In this document: positions 12,901 through 25,300 of the stretch, piece by piece | Position numbering within the stretch: the first letter of the stretch is position 1 | Layout: every line of letters starts with the position of its first letter | The notes under the pieces: model-generated | What the model saw: the letters and a program-made list of their open reading frames with translations, nothing else | What the model was told of the DNA's origin: nothing | The model's database searches: none | Position numbers and translations under genes: made by a program | From: Podarcis liolepis | Taxonomy: Eukaryota | Strand: one strand, 5' to 3' | Assembly (NCBI GenBank): GCA_965112155.1 | Contig: OZ218099.1 | DNA: 64,000 nucleotides

Positions 12901-14392
12901 CATGTAGAGCAGTTTGAAGTCAATTCGAATGACGTTGTTGCTTTTCTAAATAAAGGAAACAGTGGTTGGACACTTCCAGAAATGTATTGTTTGATGTGAT
13001 ATTTTGAGTTCACAGGTGTGGTACTTAACAAGATTCTTTCTGTAAAAGAGGAATTGAAAAGAAAATACTATCATGTTGGTTTGTATATGTTTGTTTTATT
13101 GTATAAAGTATTTAATGTTAACAGGTGATTGCCACTTCTGCTCAGGATGAATATTATTATTGGTAATTATATATGACATACAGCTTCCAGAAATGCTGCA
13201 TATGTGTTGATTATGAAGAATACTTGCCTAGTATCAGGATTCTTGCATATCTAAATCAGGCATGAGCTCTGAACCAAATATCCCAAACCTTTGGAGAATT
13301 ATTGTATCCAGTCTTCACTAAATTTGTACTTGTTTGACAAACAATTGGAACCTACTTATTTGTATCAGGTTGGAAATGATTGGCTTTATACGTCTTGTAC
13401 TGTAAAGGAGTGGACTAAAATCTAGGCTTTGGGAGATTCAGAATAGCAGTGTGCTGCTCCAGCTCTGGACCTTACATGATTTACTGATGGTGCTTTGCAT
13501 TGTACTGAGTTTATGTTCAGCAAGATAATGGGAAATTTACAAATACAAATATTTGCAGTAATTGTGGTCACCTAGTGGAAGAACTGTATGCATTGCTATC
13601 GAAATAGTAGTAGTAGTAAAGCGAAATAAGGTCAGTATTGCTAACCAGAAAGATCTCACTTTGCCACCAAGTGTCCTATCCCTCCTTTCTGTAGCAGTAA
13701 GCCAAATGATCAGTCCTCTTTCCTCAACTCTTTCTTCCATGGAGTAAGTAATGCCACATCTACCTCCTAAACGACATATAACTGACTCAGCCACCCAGTT
13801 TCTTAGCAGGCTATTATGCCTAGTAATGAAAAATGAGCTGTGCTATCCCACATTGAAGTAAATTTGAATCTAAATCTAGGCCTAGTCTGTGTTAGATGCT
13901 TTTTATACTTGAATTACTATCCTAGTAGACTCAGAATTGACTTTTCATAAAGAACAGTCACAGCATCTGAGTTGGAAATGATTAAGAATCCATATTCTTT
14001 TAATTAAATTCATTGGAAACATGTTGGTTTAAATTAAGGAGGAGTGGAGGAAGAGTAAAATGTTCTTTTGTTGAAAGGGGGGGAACCGTTTAAGTTAAAG
14101 CATGATTTTTTTAAAAAGTCCAGTGCTTTGGAAAACTTTCCTTTGCATCTGGACTGAAATCACCAATGTGTTTTCAGGAAACCCAGTTACTGTCCATTTC
14201 AAGTTTCCCAAATTCAGGGAGAGGTGCTTATGAGATCATAATTGGAAAAACAGATGTATTCAGAGGACCTTTCCTGATAGTGATTTTTTTGCTAAGTGAG
14301 CATTGATCATTTTGGCAGCCATTTCTGGTTGTATTTCTTTTTCCAATAGAGATTTTGTGAAGAATTCATTTTAAAAACAACAACAAATCCTC

Positions 14393-14479
14393 CTGAAGAA
14401 GTGTGCATGCACACAGAAGCTTATATCCAGAACAAACTTGGTTGGTCTCTAAGGTGCTACTGGACAATTTTTTTTATTT
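14393..14479 (+). mobile_element. Penelope-like mini-insertion with degenerate hammerhead motif
   Basis: ctgaagaagtgtgcatgcacacagaagcttat...taaggtgctactgga, flanked by aaatcctcct direct repeats (14385-14394, 14480-14489); paralogous to 18892-19016. Confidence 0.75.
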
Positions 14480-17400
14480 AAATCCTCCTTAGTTACTGGA
14501 TTTTAAACTCTCTTTTAAAATCACACGCTGTACCCTGATTAAAGTACAAAAGGAAAACCAAAAAAGTCAACCTAAATATAAGTCTACAGAACGTTCAAAA
14601 AGCTTCAAAATCAAGACATTAAAAAAATATTCAAACAACAGTTGTCCCAAACGCCCCTTACTAACAGTCACATTTAAGTCTTGAAGGTTAAAGTGTGCAT
14701 ACGTGTAATGGAACTGAACAGATACAGCACAGTATCATAAGCTATTAAAAAATACATTTTTAAGCCCAGTATCTTGTCTCCATTAACCATCAGAGTGTTC
14801 TTGTGTCCAGGAGTCTGAGCTCACCAGATAGACCTAAACACTGGACTCCTTCTCATGATGGACAATAATGACACTTAATTAGATGATATAAACTAAGTAT
14901 TGATACACTAATGGGGAGGCCTTTTATTTTCTGCCTGTCATGCTGTTAGCTGGCTATCTCCATAATGAGCTTTATTCTTGGAGAAAGGACTCTGATATTA
15001 TAGCCTCGGTGGTCTATCTTTCTTGCAAGGTTATGTTGCATTGATAATTGTGGACTAAAATATAAGCATTCTGTATATGTACATAAGCCAAACACCTATG
15101 AAAGTACAAGTGTTACTAAAAATAAGAGGTCTGTGTGCCATAGGCAAGGTATGATGGGACAGATCCCCATCTAATATATAAACTGGACCAACTAGAGTAT
15201 CTGTTAGTTGTAGCTAGCCCTATATACAGTATAAAAATTTGCTTTTACCATCAGTTTCACACTGTTTTATATAAAACTATGGCTAGTGAAAACATTGATG
15301 AATACTAATATTTTAATATTTAGAGACAACATAAAATGCTTAAAAGCCTGGGTGATCAGCACCTGGGATATTTTCTCCTCTTCCATGTTTCAGAAGTAGA
15401 TGCTCTTTAAGATAACTTTATATTTGGGGAATTATACAGCATTTTTCTTGGTGGTGCCCTTCAATATTCTGATTATTCTAAAACAAATAAATATATGGTT
15501 TGCTTGAAAGTATTGTCACACAAATGTAAAACTGGAAAGAACAGCAGCAACATTGAGCCTATATCATGTTGGTGTTTTAGCAAATATTCATTCACCTCAT
15601 TAATTGTCTAGGTAGTAAGGTAAATGACATGTATCTTAGATGATAGGTTATACTGCCAACATTCAGAAAAACACTGGTGAATATGATCTGTTTGGTGCAT
15701 AGGATGTTCTTAATACCCCAGTGAGATCTAGAACTTGAAAGCTTTGTGGTTCTGAACCTCTTGCAGCTTTTCCTGTGTACTTCAGGTAGAGAATTTAAAA
15801 TATGTTCTTCTCCATGTAGAACCTGTGCTGAAATTTTCACAGTTTCTTTATGTGTTAGGTTTTATGCATTAGTACTATCATTTAAGTTGGCAAACACACT
15901 CCTTTGTGATATTTGTCTGGCTGCTTGTTTTGTGTCAGCCATTGTCTAGTGTTCTCATAGTGTATCACAGTCTTCCCCAATCTGGTTCCCTCCAGATGAT
16001 TTGGACTACAACTCCCAGCAGCCCCAGCCAACCTACTTCTTACCCCATCACTGGTATGCACCATTTCAGTACAAATGTATTATTATTGTATTTTAGTGTT
16101 TTGTTGGAAGCCACCCAGAGTGGCTGGGGAAACCCAGCCAGATGGGTGGGGTATAAATAATTTATTATTATTATTATTATTAGTCCTCAAGTAAGCAGGT
16201 GGCTTTGAGGAAATCACACAGCAACCACTGTATAGAACTCACCACATACAACAGCTGCCATACTGATGAAATTTGAAGCTGCCTGTATATGGCAGACATC
16301 TTGCATGAAATGATCCTTCAAAACTACAAATACATCAGTTCAATCAACCAAAACATCTGGGAAGTACTACATGTTGTACAGTCTCACTGTGGGTCTCAGT
16401 GCATCTCAAATTGCAGCTGTGATTGTGGGAATTCCTTGAGACTTTGACAGGCACACCATATACATGGTTACAGTGGGGAAAATAAATCGTGTGAATTTGT
16501 CTTCAGAAGTCTTTCTGTATGAGTGTGAATTAAAAGAGAGAACAGTTGCTATGGATGAATGAAGAAAAGAAATTGTCGGAAACAAAAACAAATGTCTGAG
16601 ATGCTTTCCAGAAAGCAAGTTAGGGAAGCAGGAAAATGGGCATTGCTTCATACATGTCCAACTGGAGCCTGGCTAAGGCAGTGTGTGGTTCCATCCATGA
16701 CATCCACCTCTCAAATGGGAAATTGCTATGATCCTTTTATACTGACAAGTTTGGAGGAGGAAGTTTAGAGCAGAAATCTCACCTCCCTCTTTACATTCTT
16801 AGTATTGTGTGTAACTAGGGGGGAGTGAAACAGGTGCTTTGGTTTTACAAACTTGCCTTTATTCTTCATTCTTGTCAGCAACTGAATTAATGCAGTGGGG
16901 AAGCTGGATACTGTTCACTGTATTGACCAGATGATAATTGCATTGGGGTGGGAAGATATTTATCTTGCAATGAACTTTCTCCTCTTTTCTAGGCTCAGTT
17001 TACAAAATCCTAAGATGCCCTGTCCCATTCAGGATAGCTCTCTGGCTCTAACTAGCAGATTCAGGATGTGGTGCTTTCTGTTCTTCCAGAAAGAAGAGGG
17101 TAATTTGGCAAAAGCTATAATAAGCTATTTTCTCCTTCTGGCTTTCACAACTTTTCCTTGTGGCACTCTCGACAGCCAGTCATGTGGGGTGTAAAATTTT
17201 CAGTGCTTTATATTTTTGTGGGGGAAAACCAGTTTCATAGCTTCATCAGGAACAATGAATGACTTCCAATAGCAAGCATTAGGGAAGCTTGGCCATTTCA
17301 AAGTTTATAGCTTGATATACTAAATACAGGTAAAATGAACATGCTAAATTAGATTACTCTCAAGGATATCAGAAAATGTTGCAGTGCAAATATTCCAATG

Positions 17401-17613
17401 TCAGTTGCCTCAGTTGGTTTGTTTTATCCTTCTTTATAGCTGTTGAATTTACTTAGTTTTTGTTTATTGGAAGCTAAGGGTTCAGGCCTTCTTTTGGAGG
17501 TGGTGGTGGGAGGGAATGAACATGAACATGAACTAGAAGCTGTTCAATGTTCAGCCCCAAAATGAACTTAATTCTCCTTTAGATTACCCAGCAATTATGG
17601 AAACTACTTCCAG

Positions 17614-17705
17614 GCAGGGCTCTTTTTTTTCACCGGAACTCAGTTCCAGCACCTCTCAGGAGGCATTAATGGTGAGCCCCTCTTTTTCTAGAAAAATAGC
17701 ACAGC
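17614..17705. mobile_element. hAT-like MITE (deleted copy)
   Basis: cagggctcttttt...ctagaaaaatagcac; reverse-complement relative at about 27082-27213. Confidence 0.55.
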
Positions 17706-18888
17706 TTTCAGAGATGTTTGAACTGGTTCATTGAACTGAACTAGTTCATTCCAAACCCTGTTTATCATTGCCCCCACAAACTAGGCTTTGAACTGTGCTT
17801 TTTCAAGGCAAACAACACTGTTACAAGCAAAGTGTCACCTTTAAAAGCCTTCTTTTGTTTGAAAAGCTGCTTCAGGAAGGGACAGTTTAAGAGTTAGAAG
17901 AGTAAAGTACTCTCTGCACCTATCTTAATGTTTCCAAAGAACAACAAAACAGTTGCCTGAGTACCATTTCTGATCAAGAGCTTCATTAACTACAAAACCC
18001 AACATTTGGGATCCCCTCCAAATCTTTCGTTGGATTTTGTAGTCATTTTGTAGCTCTGCCCAAGCCAGTACTGTATTAGCACCCCAGAGTCTTTGGGCTA
18101 TATTAAGACAAGGTGTTTGAGATCCATTATGAAATTTGGACAACAGTGCATTGTAGGAGGATGGGGAGCGGGGCGGATAACATCAACCCTTTCCCTGCAT
18201 AGATTTCCCATTGAAAGTGCTCCCTAGCTGCCCCATAATAGGTGCTTGGGTGAAGGCATTTTACGCCAGAAAACAGTGCAGTAAGGAAGGGTTCTACCTT
18301 CCCATCCCCACAGTACCAAGGTCTTGATTAATTCAGAGGGAGGAAGAGAGAGTTGTTGCTTTAAAAAAATGAAAAGGTTGGGAGAACCAATCATGGATCT
18401 CAAACATATCTAATCTGGCCCACTGCTGCAGAAATTGGGTGAGGCTTATATCATATCATGCACATCAGGAAGTCATCAATGGTGTAAGGCTGATGCAGAG
18501 TATGCATACTGTTTCCAGTGTGATTTTTGGCCAAAGCAGCAAGACTTAAGCACTTTTCTTTAAAAAAAAGAAAGAAGAAAAGAGAGAGTCTTTACAAGGG
18601 TAAAAAAGAGATATGAAACAGGCCCAGAAAGGAATGCTGGCAGCACATCCCATACAGGATGAATGTAGGGAAAACCGTCAAGTGGAACAACTTCTAGCCT
18701 AGACTTGGCATGGAAGTTGATGTCTTGTGCAGTGAATCTGAGAAGTAAAAGCTTTTTCAAAAATGTCATTAAAAATGAATGTTTAAAAGAATAGAAAATG
18801 TGACTTGGCAACAAAGAAAGCAGAACCTCCCCTCACTTCCCAGAACTTACATGCAGCCTGCATGGTGTAGTTTGATGTAATGGTTAGT

Positions 18889-18926
18889 GTATCTGAAGAA
18901 GTGTGCATGCACACGAAAGCTCATAC
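18889..18926 (+). ncRNA. Minimal type I hammerhead ribozyme motif (Penelope-type)
   Basis: gtat-CTGAAGA-a-gtgtgc(at)gcacac-GAAA-gc-TC-atac: complete catalytic core, stem II, palindromic AGCT helix III, 4-bp stem I. Predicted cleavage after 18922. Confidence 0.7.
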
Positions 18927-19016
18927 CTAGAACTAACTTAGTTGGTCTTTAAGGTGCTACTGGAAGGAACTTTTTTATTTTATTTTGACTATGGCAGACC
19001 AACACGGCTACCTATC
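18892..19016 (+). mobile_element. Penelope-like mini-insertion (125 bp) with 16-bp TSD
   Basis: Flanked by perfect tgtaatggttagtgta repeats (18876-18891, 19017-19032). Ends taaggtgctactgga...cagaccaacacggctacc as in reptile Penelope pseudo-LTRs (recall). Confidence 0.8.
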
Positions 19017-21165
19017 TGTAATGGTTAGTGTAAGACTAGGACCTGGAAGACAAGGGTTCAAATCCTCACTCAGCCATGAAACTCATTGGATGACCTTGGA
19101 CGAGTCTTGGCCTAATCTACTTCACAGGGTAGTGAAGGGTTGTGAAGTAGATTAAATGAAGTAGGAGAATGTTTGGGTTGTGCCTCCCCACCCCACCCCT
19201 GTAGATGTCGTCATTAGCATCCAGCCTAGTGTTTGAAATTCCAGTGTGTGTATACTGTAAGCTCTTCAGGGTAGCCTGCCCTTTGCCCCAGCTACAGAAC
19301 AGATGTAGATGACCCAACCATCCTTACCCCAAGGCTTTATGAATGCTATGACCAATAGGAACAGGCCTTTCCATTGACCATTGACCAAACCAATGAGCTT
19401 TTTGGAAGACAGGGACATGCCTCTGGGATATGAGAACTAGGAAAGGTATAAATTTGAAGGCTGTTTTTTCTTACTACACTTGTCTATTGATTTATAAAAT
19501 CTGATCTCTTCTCGGGGCTAAGATGCAGAAAATGATTATTTGTTACAGAAGTTCCATGTCTTTCTGTGGAGATCCTGTACACTAGGAAATCCAAATATTT
19601 TTATTAAGGGGATTTAATGGAACCACTAGTATATGTGCATTGCAGAAATACTCAATTTTCATTAAATAATATGCTGCACAAGAGATAAAATTAACTTTGT
19701 GCTATTTCTGAACAGAAACTCTAGCCATAGGTAGTTCTGATTACTTGCTGTCTCTTTCGCTTTATATTTAACAATTATTTGCTGTGATCTTGCTGTGTTT
19801 GACAAACCCACCGCCTGCTCCAGCTCCAAGAGAGGAGGAAGGGAATTCCTTCTACTGTAATCCCCAGTCTCTAAGCATAAGCTGCTCCACTGAGCATTTT
19901 GATGGATGCCCTTGGCTCACTTTTAATCTTCAAACCAGTATTGGCTTTTCCATGGCATGCCAGGTGAGATGCATGCGAAAGAGGAGATCTGAGAGTGGAA
20001 CAAGAGTAGAAAGTGGGAAAGGTTAATGTAGCAGAAGGATGCAGGTTAATCAATATGCATAAAGACTCATACAAAAGGAAGCCCATGTTTGGGTCCACTT
20101 TATTCTCTAACTTCTCTGCATGAATTCTGAGGGTGGTGTAAATTGTTGAAACGTGAAAGTCCCTGGAGGTAAAAGTTCTTCATTGCATATTTATCAAAAC
20201 GAAAAATCACTGAGCAACAAGAGCTGTTATGTTACACAAGTCAGTCATTCAATCATTCGCTAGCTACTGTGGAATTACTGAATTTCCCGTCAGCCCAACT
20301 GGCAAATGTTTTTGTCTCTATTGAAAATAAGCATTTGTAAGGGTAAGTGTGAGCCATCCCTACTGGCATAGTCTGTTGGCTGACTTGGTAGGTGGTGAAC
20401 CCTAAAGCGGCTCTGTGGTCTGAGCACCCACAGTCCTGGACTCAAATCAAGGGGTTTGTGGTTAAAACCCTGGGTGCTTAGTGGGAATTCTAGAATGTGC
20501 CTTAGGATAGTTTGTTTCTTCCACAAGCTCTAGTAGCTGACTATACAATATTTCCCCTGCCCTCCCTTCAGCTTACAGAGCAGATATTTTGTACATATGT
20601 TCTGCAAATGGATGAGATTATCTCACCTCAGGTATGAAGCGCAATATCCACAAACCACATCAACAATCTTAGACCCCCTAACCACACTGTAAAACTTTTT
20701 AGAACAAAGAAAGTTTATATTCCAGAGGGCTTGATGATGAGAAACTTTTTGATTTTGCTTGTTTTGTGCCCCCCCCCCAGCTTTATGTATGTCAGTTACT
20801 TTTCACAAGCCCTGAAAGAAATGGATTTCCAAATAAAAACCTTTGAAAAAATATTGATCATTTTGACTAAAAAATTTTTAAAAATATGAAAATTCTTTTT
20901 AAAAAAGCGGGTGGGGGTGTTGTTCTAAAATAAAGTTAGGTATTGTAACCCTGTTGCACTTCTCCCTTTCCTGCACACACTATTTTCCGAACAACACCAA
21001 GATTTTAAAAATGGATAGGTTTTGAATTCCTTAGGGAGCACTTTCCAGTGAAATGGGGTTGAAATGGGTTAGGTTTTCAAGCTTGGTCTAAAACCATGAG
21101 AACAAGAAGATTACTTTGCAGGGGATGGTGGAAGAATCACTACAATATGAAAAATGATAAGGTAG

Positions 21166-21368
21166 CAGCTTTCCAAACTGTGTGTCACAACACATTATTG
21201 TGTCAGTTGCATTGTGTAGGTGTGTCATGGGAATGCTCCCCATGTTCTTCCCAAGGCCGGAAGGGGGTTAGTTTATCCTCCGGTTTGCTAGTAAAACTGA
21301 ATTACTGTGGCTTGAAATGATGCATTGTCTAAAATGTGTGTCACCAAATTGGAAAGTTTGGAAAGCTG
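21166..21368. mobile_element. hAT-Charlie-like MITE
   Basis: 14-bp TIRs cagctttccaaact...agtttggaaagctg. Confidence 0.7.
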
Positions 21369-21545
21369 TGTCGGGATTTTAAGGAGACTTTCTTACAAAA
21401 GAAACACTGTTGTAAATATGAGTACTAGCTTAACTGCTTCTTCCTTTACAAAGTTTTTAGTCTACCACATGCCAACTTAGCTGCTACTCTTCCATTTATG
21501 TACATTTTGTCAAAGCATCTGTTTTAGACAAGAAACAAACTAGAG

Positions 21546-21668
21546 TAAGGTTACCGGACATCCCCGTTTCCTGGGGACAGTCCCTGGATTTACAAATCAG
21601 TCCCCATACAAAATCCATTGAAGTTGAAAAGTGTCCCCAGATTCATTGAAAAAAATCTGGTAACCTTA
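21546..21668. mobile_element. hAT (Blackjack-like) MITE
   Basis: TIRs taaggttacc...ggtaacctta; 8-bp TSD aactagag/aactagaa. Confidence 0.8.
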
Positions 21669-21949
21669 AACTAGAAGTCATTTGTTGCTCAAAGAGATGA
21701 AATATATCTGACCATTTTCCACTGGGTATCTGTGGATACTAATTCCTAAAATCTTAGCTGCTTGCTAGTCTCTGGGAAGTTTGATGCGCTTCTCTGACTG
21801 CTCCCTTGAATTGTCAGTGCTGGCTTGTAGCTCCTTGCTTCTTCTGCAGTAGCTAACGTCCCTGGGAAAGATCTTATGGGCCTTGCCCAGTCCCTTTGCA
21901 AATGTGGTAGCCAGTCTTTCCACTGCTACCCTCTAGCGGCTGTCATGCC

Positions 21950-22289
21950 TTACTGCTATGACAGCAGCTCGGAGTGGGTGAGGCAAATAAGGCGAGGAGA
22001 GAAAAATCAATGCACAGAGAAAGCGAGACTGGGAAGAAGGAGAAGGGAGGAGTCGCCTCATCAGCCATTCCTGTCTTACAGGGTCCCAGCTGTCATTGGT
22101 AAAAGAGGAGGGAGGGAGAGGATTTACTATTGTGTGAAACAAGTGGGAGGGGGCAAGACAGAGAGGAAGACGAGGAAAGGAAGGAAGCACCATTTGTTTC
22201 ACCTGAGCCTGAGCTTCTTTGCAAGCTGGTACTGCTCCTAGGTTGGAGGATAGGAGCTGGTTCTATCCCTGCCACAACAGCCGAACGTC
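21950..22289 (+). promoter_or_regulatory. DPYSL3: Proximal promoter/5' UTR of DPYSL3 short isoform
   Basis: Purine-rich, non-CpG-island region directly upstream of the short-isoform ATG, with no polypyrimidine acceptor. TSS not determinable. Confidence 0.55.
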
Positions 22290-22331
22290 ATGTCTGGTTA
22301 TCAGGGCAAGAAGAACATCCCCAGGATAACA
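22290..22331 (+). CDS. DPYSL3: DPYSL3 short-isoform coding exon 1B (MSGYQGKKNIPRIT)
   Basis: Canonical CRMP N-terminus; donor ACA|gtgagt; phase 0 joins exon 2 SDRLLIK. Confidence 0.95.
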
Positions 22332-25300
22332 GTGAGTGGCTTAACGTATCTTCTTTCGTTCTCCCCACCCTCCGCTCTTCATGTTTGCTGCATTTATGCT
22401 TCTGTCTTCACATTTGTTTTGTATTAGTTTACTCATCCCCACCAGCTACTACCCATGTCAGTCTAGTTTTGTAAGAAGCTGGTGCTGATTCAATTCATAG
22501 TTGCGAGGGATATTAAAAAGCCAGCCAGCTTGCAAAAATGAGGAGGTGCATGCAGGGGCAGCCCTGATTAAGTAAATCTTGGGACTTTCATAAACTGTAC
22601 AATTGTCTCGTGCTGTTAAATTACTGTCTGGGAGGACTGTACTTGTGTGAAGCAGTGATATCAGACTGCAGTATCTTCAAGCCCCAAAATGTTGCTATCA
22701 AATCTCTCTTCTCTCCCCCCCCCACCTCCCCCTTCATGTCTGTTGTCCATGTCTGTGGGGCATGGTGAGGATTTAGTGACATTCTGTTTTCAACCCTGCA
22801 TGTTGGGAGTAGATTTCCCTCCTTGTTCAGTTCAGGATGTTTGATCACTTTTTAAATGCTTTGGACAGACCCTTGTTTTTGTTTTTTGTTCTGTCACCAC
22901 TCCTTTTTTTTTTTAAGCAGGAACACTGGTATGCCTAAGTTGCCTGCTGCATAGTTTCATTTGCTGCATATTTGGGTGCGTCATGTGCTTTGACTGGCTC
23001 AGGAAAAAGAGGAATTGATTCATCTGTAAATGTGAAAGCTTTGTTTTACAAATGAATGTGAAATATATAATTTTCTCTTCTAAATAATGGTTTGCTTGTT
23101 AACATGAAATAAAAACTGTCTGTTGGAGAGCATGGGGGGAAATACTGTGAAAAATAGCAGTGTGTTTTGCATCTTTGCATCAGTGTGTGCCCTGCAGATG
23201 CATTTCCAGTGGCTTCATACTCCACCCTGATTTATTGTTGATGCAATGAAACGGCTTGCAGAGGGGGTACCCCCTTGGTCTTTAATAGGCCTGGGGTTTA
23301 TTGTCGCTGGCTTCAGATGCAAGGAGTGCAGCTGTGCTTTGTCTCCAATGCATTTTAATGAAATCTTTTGTGGGATAGGGTATGCATTGGGGGAACGGGT
23401 GGCTACTCCATCTTTGAGGCAAACAAAGGAAGCAGCACAACCAAGCATGCACACACACACACTCGCGCACACACTGGATTGGAGGGGGGAGAAGCTTAGC
23501 AGATATTTTGTCTTCCACTGTACCTGTTTAGAGGGCAACTAATTTCACTAAAGGATTGCCTTTTCTGATGGGATTTTATTGAGTGCTTTCTTTTGTTTGC
23601 CCATTTAATGGCTTAAAAGCATTTGAATAAAATTGATGCTCATGAATTCATTTTGTGATCTGTGGGGCATATTTTCCAACCTGTGACCTTAAATAAGGGA
23701 TGAGTTTATGTTAACTACAGTTTGTTTTTGTCACACCCCCACCCCACCCCACCCCACTGAAACAGCCAGTTTTCTTGAACCTTTTTTGGAACAGATATTT
23801 TTCTTTTAAGGTGAAAAACACTGAGAGTCGCAGACTAGACAGTTGGGAATAATTATATAAAATAAATAGACATAGCCAACATCTTATTTTACTCTCACAT
23901 TTCTGGCAGTGCTGAATTATTTGCCTTTAATGCCAAAGTCATTTAATATTTAAGCCAATTTTTACCTGCTTTCAGATAAAGCAGCTAGGTGTGTACATGC
24001 ACAGTATAATGCTATAAAGCAGCCATGTAAACGTGCTACATTTTCTTCTCTCTTAGGTCTAGAAGGTGTGACCTACATTAGCTAGCTAAATCCCATGATA
24101 TTGTTTTCTTTTGTGCTGCTGCACCTGACTGCAGCAGTTTTTCCTCTTTGACGCTCTGTGCAGTGGGGCCGCACCTATCTTGGTATTCAGCATATGCTTT
24201 CTTATGCTTTCTTTGAAATAGTGGAAAGTCCAGCTGCACTAGGGTCCAGCTGCTCACTATTGTGTGTTGTTTCATAGGTCTGCTTTGGTTATTTTATGGC
24301 TACAATTAGCTTAAAAAATTATGGCATTTAGTGCTGTGGATCTAAAGTCAGGATAAAAGTAGTGATAATAAATAAATTCTTTGAGAGTGATATTATTCTT
24401 TTCAGGGGGTTTTAAAGCATTCTCAGCAGCACTCTCTCAAATTAATGTCATTTTAAAAAGCAGTTCAAGATGGTGTAGCTGGAAAATAAATGGTAAAGTT
24501 AGGTATGCACCTTTAAAAATGCACACCTAACAGTCCTCTGATAGTGTTAATAATTGTCAATTCTATACCACATGGTAACCACATAGTACAGAACTGTAAG
24601 GTGTGTACTATTGCAAGAATGTTCCTTGTTCAGTATATGAGATGTTGGTCCCCTGAAGACATAACACATTGAAGAACTGCTTTCTTAGGAGTCCTGGGGG
24701 AACCCCACCCCCACTTTCTACAGGGAGGTGCATCCCTGCATTTGAAAGGGTGTGACCACCCAGGAACCAGAAGTAATTTCCAAGAGGGAAAGAGTATACT
24801 GGTATTCAAGATTTTTTCTGCCCACAACACTGATTGCCACATGTGGCCAGCTCAGGCTGTGCATAGCCCATCGTTGTTTCCTCATTTGACAGGTTGACTA
24901 GCAGGGGATTGCAGTGCTGTAGAAGAACATCTGAGATCAAGAAAATAAACTCTTGAGGTATAAGAGCACTGAATCCCTTTGTCATCATAGCTGGCAGTAA
25001 ATCTCACTGCTAGTAATGAATATTGGAGTGAAAACAGTAGTACGCTTCCACAGGCAGTGATGTGTGCCTGGTTGTATGGGTGGGGCTCTGCCTAAACTCA
25101 GGCATAACAGTTTCTGCGTGATCCTTAGGGATAAGCCAAAATCTTGCAGAATAATAGTGTTGCTTGTTTGTACTTAGCTTGTACATAAACTAAGAAATCC
25201 ACAACAACTTGTGCAGATATTTATCTTGCATATTGTTGAAAAGCAGTCTGATGAAATGGGAATGGCAGGATGTCTGTCTTGTCTTTCATACTGGTGCTCA

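Larger units (their letters stand above)
18862..19150 (+). mobile_element. MIR-like tRNA SINE interrupted by a Penelope-like insertion
   Basis: A-box-like tgtaatggttagtgt, then gggttcaaatcctcactcagccatgaa...gaccttgg after the insertion. Confidence 0.65.

Noticed and set aside
12792-13031. About 70-80 codons open on both strands
   Set aside because: No splice signals, no recognisable homology; compatible with chance.
23215-23542. Cluster of 78-107 aa ORFs
   Set aside because: Intronic, includes a CA microsatellite, no domain.
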